A stretch of 64,000 bases of DNA from Eledone cirrhosa (lineage: Eukaryota), in assembly GCA_964016885.1 (NCBI GenBank), contig OZ024741.1, positions 134,106,001 to 134,170,000 on the forward strand, read 5' to 3'. Below are positions 42,768 to 54,056 of this stretch, piece after piece. The translations under genes and the position numbers were made by a program. Every line of letters starts with the position of its first letter. The stretch's first letter is position 1. Below the pieces are notes generated by a model that ran no database searches, was not told the DNA's origin, and was given only the letters and a program-made list of their open reading frames with translations.

Positions 42768-45700
42768 TCATCATCATCACCATTTTACGTCCGCTTTTCC
42801 CTGCTTGCAAGGGTGGGACGGGTCTTATTCAGCACACCATCTCTCCACTTGTCACAGTCCTTTGTCATCTCCACCGTGAGCTTCAGCAATCTGAGTCTGT
42901 TCTCACCACCTCCGCCCATGTTTTTCGTGGTCTACCTCTACCACATCTTCCTTCAATTGGCATTTCTTGGCACTTCTTCACCCATCGGTCATCCTCCATG
43001 CGCATCACATGTCCATACCACCGCAGTCTCCTCTCTCTCACACTACATTCTATCCCTCTCAGACACAGTTTCTCTCTCAACACATCCATGCTGGGTCGTT
43101 CATGCACATTGAGATTGCACATCCAACGGAGCATGCTTGATTCATTTCTCTCCAGCCGTCGCATATTCTCTGCAGCTGCTGCCCAAGTCTCACTACCATG
43201 CAGCATCGTGCTCCTCACACAGGCATCATATAACCGGCCTTTCAGATGCAGGGAGAAACCCTTCTTCGTCAACAGAGGAAGCAGCTCCCTAAACTTCTCC
43301 CAACCCATCTTTATTCTAGATACTATGGCCTCGGAACACCACCCTCCCATGCTAATCTGATCTCCTAGGTACCGGAAGCTATCAACCACTTCTATAGCAC
43401 CCACCTGCATTTGAAAATGTGTCTATCAATGTGACTTCTACTGTCTAATTTCCCTGTACATCTACTGCATATGTATTTCTCCCTACCTGTGAGTTTGCCT
43501 GCTATCCAACTACATCTCTTGTGTACCCAGGATCTGCATTGTGTGCATTTTATAGAATTTATGCATATTGAACATGGCCATTTCCCTGACGGAATCAGAG
43601 TTTTGTCCTCTTTTCTACTCATCAACACTTTTGTCCTAGCTAGGTTCAATCTCAGTCCTCTTGATTCCAACTGTTGTTTCCATAGCCAGAATTTATTCTC
43701 TAGCTCCTCTACTGCTTCTGCTATAAGAATCAGATCGTCAGCATAGAGAAGTTCCCATGGACAGCCAGTCTTAAACTCCTCTGTTATGGCTTGGAGGACT
43801 ATAATGAAGAAGAACGGGCTGAGGACCAAACCCTGATGTACTCCTACTTGTATCTGGAATTCCTCACTAAACTCCATTCCTACCCTGACTTTACTGACAG
43901 CACCTCTGTACAAAGTTTGCACTGTCCTCACAAGCCATTCCTCAACACCTAGTTTCCTTAGGGACCACCAGACGACAGATCAGGGTACCCTATCAAAGGC
44001 CTTCTCTAGGTCAACAAAAGCTAAATATAGTGGCTTATTCTTCTCTAAGAACCTCTCTTGTAATTGTCTCACCAAGAAGAGGGCACCTGTTGTACTTTTC
44101 CCAGGCACAAAACCAAACTTCATCTCATCTAGTTTGACCCTTTCTCTAATTAGTTGTACTAATATCCTTTCTGCCACTTTTATAACCTGATCCATCAGTT
44201 TTATACCCCTATAATTGTTCCTCTCCAGAGCATCCCCTTTACCTTAGTAGCAATTTATGAGAATACTGCTGCACCAGTCTTTGGGTATGACACCACCATA
44301 TATAGCCTGATTGATGATGCGTGCAACCAGTTTAGTGCCTACGCCCCCTGATGCCTTCAGCGTCTCAGCAACTATCCCCGACGGTCCAGCGGCCTTACCA
44401 TTTTTCTTTTCCTTAATCGCCTCTTGGACCCTATATTCATCAATCTCAATAGCTGGTCCCTCTGTCGAATCTACTGAGGGTAATTTATCTCTCTCCCATT
44501 CGTTCTCCACATTCATCAGTCTCTCATAATGACATTTCCAGGCCTCCTTTTTCTGATCATTCGTGACACTAAGTACACCGGCATCATTCCGGACACATTT
44601 ATCTCCAACAACATCCTGATTTGCATTGACTCACTGCCTTGTAACGTGGAACACTGCACATCTCTGATCTTCCCGTCGCAGAACATTGGCAAACCTCTCA
44701 GCCTCTCTGCGTGCTAAGTACACCTGACGTCTAGCTTCTCTCTTAGCGGCTGTATATCTTCTCTACTCCCACCCTTTTTCCAAGCCTTCCATGCTAATGT
44801 TTTGTCTCTAATGGCCCTATCTACCGTGCTGTTTCACCACTAGGTCACTCTCTGCCTGGTTGGAGCTCTGCTCCAGCCAGAAGTTTCATCAGTAGCCTGC
44901 AGTAAGTTGTCACATAAGAAATTCCAGTTATCATCTGTGTCATATGACTCTAAATCGTCTTCTTTTTTGTCATACACATCTTGAAGGGCTTTCCTAAATT
45001 TGTATTTTAGTGAAAGGTCTTTTAGCTTCCAGACCTTCCTTCTCCACACCTTCCTGTATGTCTCATTCCGTCTCTTGCTTACTAAGATATCACTCATATA
45101 TATATGGGACCATCAATATTATACTGAGATATCACTAACGACTAACCTATGCTGTGGGGTACATTCTTCCCCAGGGTCTAAAGTCTAAAGTCTGTCTTAA
45201 GCCAGAAGGCTCATTTGGCCGGTGCTTATCCCGGTTTCATGGCGTGAAGCGGCTGAGAGTACAAGACTCCCCCCTGGACAGGACGCCAGTCCATCGCAGG
45301 GTTAAACCTCCAGCTATTGCTGGTACTCATTTTCAGCTGAGTAAACTGGAGCAACGTGAAATAAAGTGTCTTGCTCAAGGAAACAAACAACACATCACCC
45401 GGTCCGAGAATTGAACTCACAACCTTTCGATTGCAAACCTAATGCTCTAACCACTAAGCCATGTGCCTTCACCTTCCCCAGAGTATGCCTTGGTATTTGA
45501 CACCATCTGCCTGTCCCGCTGCCTAACTAGTAAGAAGTCAATCTGGCTTATGTGCTCACCTGATTTGTAGGTTATTAGGTGGTTGGCAGGTTTCTGGAAG
45601 TTAGTGTTGCAAATGGTCAGTGTACTTGCATCACAAAATTCAAGAAGTCTCACTCCTTCATTTTTTGAGCCGTAACCGTGCCCACCATGTACCTCAGTAT

Positions 45701-46330
45701 AACCATCCTGGAGCTGTCCAACATGACCATTGAAGTCCCCTGCTAGCATAACGATGTCTCCGTCCTCTGTCATTGTGGCTGTTTGTAAAAGTTGCTTGTA
45801 AAAGTAGTCTTTCTCTTCTTTACCTAGGCCTGCTTGTGGAGCATAGGCAGAGATGATGGTCAGTAGTCTCTTGCCTACAACTAATCTAAGCTTAATTATT
45901 TTATTATTAACTCGAACTACCTCTATTGTCTTATCGATCCATCTCTCAGCCAGGAAAATGCCTACTCCCCCTAACCCATCATCCTTACCTACCCAGAAAA
46001 GCTTATAACTAAGATGTTTGCCTGCAATTAATCTCGCAGAGGCACCTCTCCATCTCACCTCTTGCACACATCCACAAGCCTTCTCTCCAGCATCTCCGCT
46101 ATTTCACCAGATCTACCAGTGAGAGTGCCAACATTAAGTGTTGCAACTCTGAGATGCGACATCTTCATATTTTTGTTGTTCCTTTTCCTGTAGTGCGATT
46201 GCTTGAAGACGGTTGGGGGGTTCTCGCACATGGCCGCACCAGCCACCCCACTACTGTGCGCAGTCCTAATATGGTTAGTACTATTGCTGTTTACACAGTT
46301 ATTCCGATATATATTTGTTGTTGTGCTCAT
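42768..46330 (-). mobile_element. Near full-length RTE-clade LINE (APE + RT + PHD-like finger), frameshifted
   Basis: APE: VATLNVGTL, QEVRW, SAYAPQ, GDFNGHVG, SQIDF. RT: FGFVPG, FVDLEKAFDRVP, GVHQG, LLYADDL. C-terminus RRLRWYGHVMR..RGRPRKTW. (TGA)n tail. Confidence 0.95.
45178..45472 (-). mobile_element. tRNA-SINE group A (AGACTTT tail) nested in the LINE endonuclease region
   Basis: Full head, core and tail; TSD CTTCCCCAG(G/A)GT at 45166-45177 and 45473-45484. Confidence 0.9.
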
Positions 46331-46872
46331 AATTGTTTTGGCATTAATACACTAGTTGGATGCACTTCCTAACACCAGTGCCACTTTACAGCATGGACTA
46401 GGTGCTTTTTATTCATGCCACCAGCACTAGAGAGGATGTCTTACTGGACTCATGGGCTCTCTCTACCCCTCAATTTTACAGCATGGTCATAACAATAATA
46501 ACAATAACAATAACACTATTAATTAATGCAATCGTGCAATGCCTGTGCGTGAAAAATATTTTTAAAGTGAGGGAAGACTGTGCACTGAGCCAATCCCACT
46601 CTCTGAGCGACAGTAGCTATAACCCGAAAAGAAGAAAAGATCAACATCATCGGTAACTACTGAGCCGCAGACATGAATTGGCCTCTCAGCATCACATATG
46701 AGATGTATCGAAGATCATCATGCATAATTCTTTCGATAGTGTACCTTGATATTTATCATGATATCTGAAAGAAAATGATAACAGAACAAGTCAGAAAAAC
46801 TTAGAGATATTAAAAAAGATGTCCTCATAGAATTGAGCAACCTTGTATGTATGTATATATATATATATATAT

Positions 46873-47070
46873 AAATCAAGCTGGATTCAGTAAGAAACTG
46901 GTTAGACCATTACTCACCAGAGTACTCGATATTTAGGGTAGTAGAGTATGGTTATATAAATGAGTCAGGACCCCAACGACTGAGCTCTTGCTGTTTCAAT
47001 TAGTTCCAGTCTGGAACTAGCTGTTGAAACGACAAGAGCTCAGCCGTCAGGGTCCTGACTCATTTATATA
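46873..47070. mobile_element. Penelope-like mini-palindrome: two hammerhead 3' halves head to head plus one-sided tail
   Basis: Inverted repeat 46953-47070 centred on 47010; GAAAcgacaagagctcagccgTCagggtc resembles 55699-55728; tail ACCATTACTCACCAGAGTACTCGATA resembles 51394-51419. Confidence 0.8.
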
Positions 47071-47367
47071 TATATATATTGCCCCAAAACTCGCATGACT
47101 AAGTCTTTAGAATATAAATTCAAAATAGGGGTGCACAGGACAAAGACAATGGAAAAAACTATAGTTATTTCTGGATGTTGACATCATGAGCCCTTGTGAA
47201 CATGGGCTGCACAATGACATTAGTGACCCTGGAGGTGATTAAAAAAATGGAGCAAGATGAGTAGTGTGAGGGCTGCTTAGGAAACGTTACAGTGAGTGAG
47301 GTCAAAGTAACATTTGGTAGTGCGGGAACACCATGTGCCATGAGTGTGCAACAGGTGAACAGAGAGA

Positions 47368-47532
47368 TCATCATCATCATCATCATCATCATTTTACGTC
47401 CGCTTTTCCCTGCTGGCAAGGGTGGAACGGGAACTGATTCTGGCTTGATTGCTATAGCTGGATGCCCTTCTTAACACCAACCTCATTTACAGTGAGTGCT
47501 GGGTGCTTTTTTACTGTGGCACCTCCACGTGG
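47368..47532 (-). mobile_element. 3' half of a group A SINE with RTE tail
   Basis: Reverse complement of about 4765-4930. Confidence 0.85.
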
Positions 47533-47539
47533 CAGATCC

Positions 47540-48135
47540 ATGAAGAAAAATGTGCTGTTCACACTATACAGGACAAGGATGTCAGGGCTATGTTCAATAG
47601 GCAGTGGTGGATTGTTGAGTGGTACCGGAAAGGAGAGTCCCTGACGTTGAAGAACAGAGTGAGCTGTTATCAGCATACCCTGAGAGAGGATGTCAAAAGA
47701 GAATTTAGAGGAGAGGTACAAAGATAGATCAAGGAGGGCATATTTTTCCCTTGGAAGGGGGAGATAAAGAGTGGAGTGTTGCCATTAATCACTGTAGTGC
47801 AACCAACAAAGAACAAGATCAGACCTGTACATGACTTTTGTGAACTAAATGAATATGTGGCATGACACAGTTGGCAAGATCACTGTTGTCTGCGGAGAAA
47901 CCTTGCAAGAGTGAAGACAAATGAGGGGGGCTCCTCAATTGTTGACTTTAAGTAGGCATATCTGCAGCTACAGGAGAAGCTGTAGAAGTATCAGCTGGTC
48001 ATCTATAAGGGCCAGATATACTGCCTGACCAGGCTTGGGTTCAGATTGAACTCACCATAGATTATGGCGATGGTTGTCAAGGCCATTCTGGGGAAGGTAG
48101 ACGAGGTGAAGAGGGCCACCAACTCTCGTAGATAT
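47540..48135 (+). mobile_element. Gypsy-like LTR retrotransposon RT fragment, degraded
   Basis: VLPLITVVQPTKNKIRPVHDFCELNEYV ... IVDFK*AYLQL ... YQLVIYKGQIYCLTRLGFRLNSP. Confidence 0.7.
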
Positions 48136-48233
48136 ACTCTGGTTATAACATTAAAATAAAAAGTCTAATGAAATCAATATTCAATCTCTTCTTTTATCTC
48201 TTGTAGATTTGGATGCCTGTATGATTACATGTG

Positions 48234-48490
48234 AAGGTGCATGGCTGAGTGGTTAGAGAATTGGATTTGCAATTGTGAGGTTACAAGTTCAATTCACGGA
48301 CCAGGTGGTGCGTTATGTCTTTGAGCAAGACACTTTATTTCACATTATTCTTTCTGCCAGGAGTTGCAACTGATAGATACTATCAGCAATGGAAAGACCA
48401 ATGGAATCATTCTTTCCTTGGTCTGATTTCATGAGCTCCACCCCACTCGGTAAGCAAATGAAGTCAGAGATCTTGTCGATCAACTCATCC
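48234..48490 (+). mobile_element. tRNA-SINE group A, third tail variant
   Basis: Homologous to 27499-27760. Confidence 0.75.
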
Positions 48491-49180
48491 CTATAATTAC
48501 ATAGAATGTAAAAGGAATTATCTGAAAAAGTCTATTTCCAAAGTTTGGTTGTTATCCCTTAAATGTTTACAATTTAGGCATATATGAAATGTTTTAATAT
48601 AGTGTTCAATAAGCTTATTATTTTTAATGTATAAATTATGCTATTATCATTTGTTTAGAAGGGTGGTGGATTGGCAGTATCAGTAGAGCATCAGACAATT
48701 TGCTTTGAGGCATATAATTACATCCCTTTACGTTGAGTTCAAATCCCACCACGATTAGCTTTGCCTTTCGTCCTTATGGGGGTCGATAAAATAAAGTACC
48801 AGTAATACACTGAGTTCAATTTAATCGACTTTCAATTCTCCCAAATTGTCGACTTTGTGCCTAAATCAGAAACCATTATTACTTGTTTAGATGAGTTTTC
48901 AGACTTCACTTCAATATGGATAAACCAATTTCTTATATCAATATCTTTGTTGCCAACCAACTTTTTGTTGAATTTGCTGCCTCTGTATTGAAGCTATGAG
49001 GATAGAGTCTAATTGAAAATTGTGATTTTGCTTTGTGATTATTTCATAACATTTGTCATTTCATAAATACTTTCAATTTAAATAAACAGAAAAAGAAAAG
49101 ATTTACTCTTTCAATCTTGAGGTAAGTATACACATTTGGACCATCCTTCTTTGTCTTTTCAACTTAGCTAAATGAGGAGT

Positions 49181-49458
49181 GGAGGCATGTGGCCTAGTGG
49201 TAAGTGTGTTGAACTTATGATCATTATGTTGTGGGTTTGATTCCTGGACTGGGTTGTGTGTTGTGTTCTTGAGCAAAAATACTTCATTTTATGTTGTTCC
49301 ACTATACTCAGCTGAAAATGAATACCAGCAGTACTGATGGACTGGTGTCCTGTCCAGGTGAGGAGCGAGTCATGTACTATCAATCTCTTAACACCATGGA
49401 AACTGGGATAAGCACTGGCCTGATGAACCTTCAGGTTCTAGACTGACTAGACTTTTTA
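49181..49458 (+). mobile_element. tRNA-SINE group A, AGACTTT-tail variant
   Basis: Homologous to 55950-56230 with an internal deletion. Confidence 0.8.
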
Positions 49459-50832
49459 AATGATGAATGGCAAAAAGATGGAGAAGGTATCTCATTAGAA
49501 TAGTTGTTTTATTTAACCCTTCATGTAAAGGGATTGTCAATTTAACCTTGTAATTAATTTTGTTGAGATTTAATGTATAAAGATATTTTAAAATAAATGA
49601 CAAATATTATAAAAATCGTCTGAAAAACTTCTATCAATCTTGTAAATGAATATCTTTTACAAAAGATTCAAACATCTTCTTCTTAACCACTTAAATATAT
49701 CAAACAATGAAAAATAGAACGAAACGAAGAAAACCATTTTGGTTTTGGCAAAGAGATTTATCTGTAAGAAAGCTATTAAAAACTAATTCATTGGCATATC
49801 TAGATGTTGCTTTAAATCTATTTTTAAGATAATTTTACAAATAAATGGTAATAATAAGTTTTTAAAGTGTAAGTACCACATATTTTACCATAAGTACTTC
49901 ATACATTTAAAAATTGTTTTTAATGTTTAATAATCACTTTAAATAATCTATATGATTTCACGTAAGTGAAACTGGAATGACTAAAAGTAAAACGTTTACA
50001 TTAAGGTCCTGTACCACATAAAATTGCATTATTTTTCCACTCATATATATATTATAAATATTTGAATTAACAAACCTGTTTTTAGATATTTTCAGCTCGT
50101 TTCAATTGCATGTTAAGAGTAAATACTCCAAATTTTCACAACAATCTTTCCACTAGTAAAGATACTATACACATTTAAGTTATCAAACCTGTTTTTAGAT
50201 ATTTTCTGGTAAATCATTACAGGATGTTAAGAGTTAAAATTTAAGTTGAATTGAAATCCTGTGATGGTGTTTTAATCTTACTAGTTTGATGATTTGATCA
50301 ACTAATTGAATGCTGAAATTAGAAAAATGTTGTTTTTTCTATCAAAGACAACATTATAACCTTCTGATGTTTGAGAGCTAACCTAAATATTTCATATATA
50401 TACATACATACATACATATATATATATATGTTCTTTGTGTTGCACAAAGATAAGCAGTTGATTACACCCAAAATGTTGCAGCCTCTGAACCTCACAATAG
50501 AAACTAGTGTTCTAGCTAATGTTTCTCATAATAACATTATACACTCTGCTCTCTGTAGCTGGTAATATCTCTCTAATACCATACCTCACCATTATTGATA
50601 CAGACAAATATTATTTTCTATTTTATTTTTCACACTTTTGTCAGGAAAAGAAGGGTATTAACTATGACTTGTTTCCGGGTCCCCATGTCTAGTGGGAGGA
50701 ACAGAGCTTCCACACCTTGTGGGAGGGATAAGACCTTCATGCCCATGAAGAGGGGGGGGTGCAATAGCTCCATGTTTTGTGGAAGGAACAAGACCTCCAT
50801 GCCAGGTGGGAGGGAAGGAATGTGTTCAGGAT

Positions 50833-50907
50833 GGGGTTAGGGTTAGAATTAGTGTTAGGGTTTAGGATTAAGTTTGGGGTTTAGGTTAGGGTTACGGTTA
50901 AGGTTAG
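50833..50907 (+). repeat. Degenerate TTAGGG-like tract
   Basis: ggggttagggttagaattagtgttagggtttagg...ttaggttagggttacggttaaggttag. Confidence 0.7.
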
Positions 50908-50950
50908 CATACATTTAGACATATATTTACATTGCTTGTAAATGCAGGTG

Positions 50951-51295
50951 TCATCATCGTCATCATCATCATCATTTTACGTCCGGTTTTCCCTGCTTGC
51001 AAGGGTGGGACGGGAACTGATTCTGGCTTGATTTCTACAGCCGGATGCCCTTCTTAACACCAACCTCATTTACAGTGAGTGCTGGGTGCTTTTTTGCCGT
51101 GGCGCCTACACGTCCACTTTGCAGTGGAATGATAGGGACCCCAGTCCTATCATCTCTTTTCTACAGCTGAGTAAACTGGAGCAATGTGAAATAAAGTGTC
51201 TTGCCCAAGGAAACAACACATCACCCGGTCTGAGAATTGAACTCATAACCTTTCGATTGCAAGCCCAATGCTCTAACCACTAAGCCAGGTGCCGC
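50951..51295 (-). mobile_element. tRNA-SINE group A with RTE tail
   Basis: Reverse complement of 4583-4930. Confidence 0.9.
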
Positions 51296-51317
51296 CATGT
51301 GTGTGTGTGAGTGTGTA

Positions 51318-51348
<31 letters not shown>

Positions 51349-51360
51349 ATATATATATAT

Positions 51361-54056
51361 ATAAAATAGGAATTGTGGTAAGGAACCAAATGGACCATAA
51401 CGCACCAGAGTACTCAATACTTTGGGTAGTAAAGTGGGAAATAGGAAAAAGTATGACCCCGACGGCAGAGCTCAAGCCGTTTCGACGGCTATTTCTGGAC
51501 TAAATTAGAATTTTTAGCCTGGTGAATAAATAGCCGAACTTTTCAAGGGGGTACTTCCTTATATGGGAAGATTGTAGTTGTCAAGAGGATTGGTTAAAAT
51601 TTGTTGTAAACACAAATAAGTCTATCATGGCATTTGGTGGGAGGTAGGGGTGGCTGAACTTGCCTGTAGAACAATAGGGGAGTGAGTGGAGCGGTCAAGT
51701 GTTGAAAGTGATATGTATACTTCAGATTCTAAGGATAGTGTATGAAGTGGGGGAGGGAGGTTATAGAATAGGTAAATCGAAAGAGAGTAGGAGACAATAA
51801 AAGATACTAGAAAGAAATAAAAAAAAATAAAAAAAATATATAAAATTAGAGAGAAATGAATAAAGAAATCACAATGCTATCTTAGAATTACAGGTTAATA
51901 AGTTGAGAATATAAAAAACTTATAGAAATTACAAAGCAGATACAAACTTAAAGGGGTTTTAACACATCTGCTATAAGTAGTTAGTCAAACGTATTCGGCC
52001 AATTCTATCTTAAAATAACAGGGATGGGGGAACTGATGCTACAAAGCCCGATGGGCTGATCGGGGTAAGCGAAAGGGGAAAGCAGACGAGGAAGAAAATA
52101 GGGGGTGGAAGGAAGTGATAGGTTGAGACAGGGGGAAGAAGGAGACAAAGAGGAAAAGAAAAGAGATACATTTACCTATGTAAGCTGGGGTTTCCCCTAA
52201 CTTATTTGGCAAGTGTGTGTGGGAGGTATCAGCCCTTGTCTACCCACCCGGGTCGTTATAGGGTTTGAGGGCGAAGTAAGTCCTGCGCAATCTGGTTTGC
52301 ATGCGGTTAGCAATTCGTCTTTCTTGTTTAGGAGTTGGTCCTTCGAAAACAGCATTTGTAATGTTTCCTCCGTGCATAAGTTACACGGACGGCGTCCTCC
52401 CGTGTAAGAGTTAGCTCTGGACAGTAAGCACCAAGTGAGATTGTAGGTTATATTGTTATCTTGGATGTCCCAGATGTGGCCCGAAAGTGTAGTGGCATGT
52501 CGCCGAACCGGGTTTCGGAAAGTGTGTCGGTGTTGTTAGAGCCGGGTCTTGAAGTCAAACGCGGTTAATCTTATATAAGCTTTGTAGGAGGTGTCCGTCC
52601 TCACGTTGCACTGGTAGATCACGTTACGTTCTCGGCATTTGTTGTTTTTAGGGGGCACGTGGATCTATCAGGGCAGTTACACCTCCTGGTGTCGCCTGCT
52701 GGTTCCGCTAAGGGAAGCTGGATAAAAGGATATTTCCTCCCGGAAGCCACTCCGCTTGAGGGCCTGGTTGTAATGAGGTGCGCGTTCGTCGAATATCTGC
52801 TCATTAGCAGACAAACAAGATATGCGGAGGGAGATGTTTTTAACCAGGTTATTGGTGATGTTTCTAGGATTGTTAGAGCGGCGGTGGATGTAGTGCAGGT
52901 TGTCGTTTGGTTTCCTGTATGGGTAGTACAGATCATTTTCGAGGTTCAGGGTAACGTCCAGGAAATTGACTCGGGTTAGGGACATTTGTAGGGTGATCTT
53001 AAATCTCCAGTCCCGGAAGAAGTTGATTAGTTGTTTACGGACCCGGTCTGTACTACTGGGGTTGTACCCTTTGAGGGTGAGGAGCCCATCATCCCGGTAC
53101 AATCCACCGCCGAATGCATGAAACATTTCGGTGAGTTTAAATCGTAGGAATAATCCTATAAGATCTGTGACCTCGACCGAATCCGTCACGCCCATACTGA
53201 CGTCGAAGGTAGAGTCGGGAGCTCTCTTTATCCACTTGGAGTTGTCGAAAAGTAGGACTGTCTTCCTGGCGTGGAGAATGATATTTCTTTCCTGGTCAGT
53301 GATGGGCGTGAGTGTTTCGGCAAAGTCCAAAGCGGCCGTAAGGAGCGGTAAGGTAATAGATGCATATTAACTCTCTATGTTAAACTGGATGAATTTTGTG
53401 TCTCGTTTGTCCTCCATATTCCTGAACCATGAGATTACTTTCTGGGTGCTGACCGATAAGCTAAGTCTCACGTTTTGCTTAACTTTTAGTATAATTCGGT
53501 CTAGGATCTTTTTACTGATTCTCCCTATGTCCGACTTCGTTGGGTTCATAAGCCTAATGGATGGTTTGCGGTCGAAGTCGGATTTGTCGTCCTTCAGTGT
53601 GAAGTAGGTAGTCCGTGGGTCTAGGGGTTCAGTGCGGTCGGCGACCCCGAGTCTGGAGGTAATTTGTTGTACATCTCGATTTATGTCCTCGATAATTGAA
53701 TGGTTAGCCTTTTTATAGGTGGAGTTTAGGCTGCTCCTGATCAGTGTGTGGTATCTGTCAGGGTTAACGAAGTAGAGGTTTCCAGTTTTGTCCGAGTGCA
53801 CCATGATGTCGTTGGTGTTTTTATACTCTGTTATTGTGCTACGGAGTTGTTGTAGGAATCTGTTGTGTCTGGGTTTGAATTTAATGCTCTTGACCAGGTG
53901 GAAAAGGTCGTTCTCGAAGGGTGATAGCATAGGGTTCGGAGGGGGAGATTTGTAGGTATTGAATCCGAATCTCTCCTTGGTGTCGAAGTCAAGATTGTCG
54001 CGGTATCTATCGTAGAAAAATGGTCTCCATCTTAGTCTTTTCGCAAAAAAGTCGAC
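51361..54056 (-). mobile_element. Penelope-like element (Naiad-type RT + C-terminal GIY-YIG), left arm
   Basis: FFAKRLRWR..ERFGF; SDKTGNLY; RLMNPTKSDIG; FDVSMG.TDS.EV.DLIG; GLYRDDGL; VNFLDVTLNL; CNC-CPL-C; VIY..YI(G); CNLC.EE; LLNK; frameshifts, a stop and a linker deletion. Confidence 0.9.
51456..51552 (-). ncRNA. Type I hammerhead ribozyme (U3-A8 core) at left arm end
   Basis: Minus strand cccc-TTGAAAA-g tt cggctattt...aaatagccg t c-GAAA-cggc ttgagctct gccg-TC-gggg. Confidence 0.75.

Noticed and set aside
42656-43360. 234 aa plus-strand ORF
   Set aside because: Antisense shadow of the RTE C-terminus starting in a microsatellite
50833-50907. True telomere or chromosome fusion site
   Set aside because: Short, degenerate and in one orientation only
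52280-52700. Selenocysteine recoding, as known for some Naiad elements
   Set aside because: The Cys positions I could read (CNC, CPL, C, CNLC, terminal C) use TGT/TGC; the in-frame stop seen is TAA versus TAC in the other arm; no SECIS recognised
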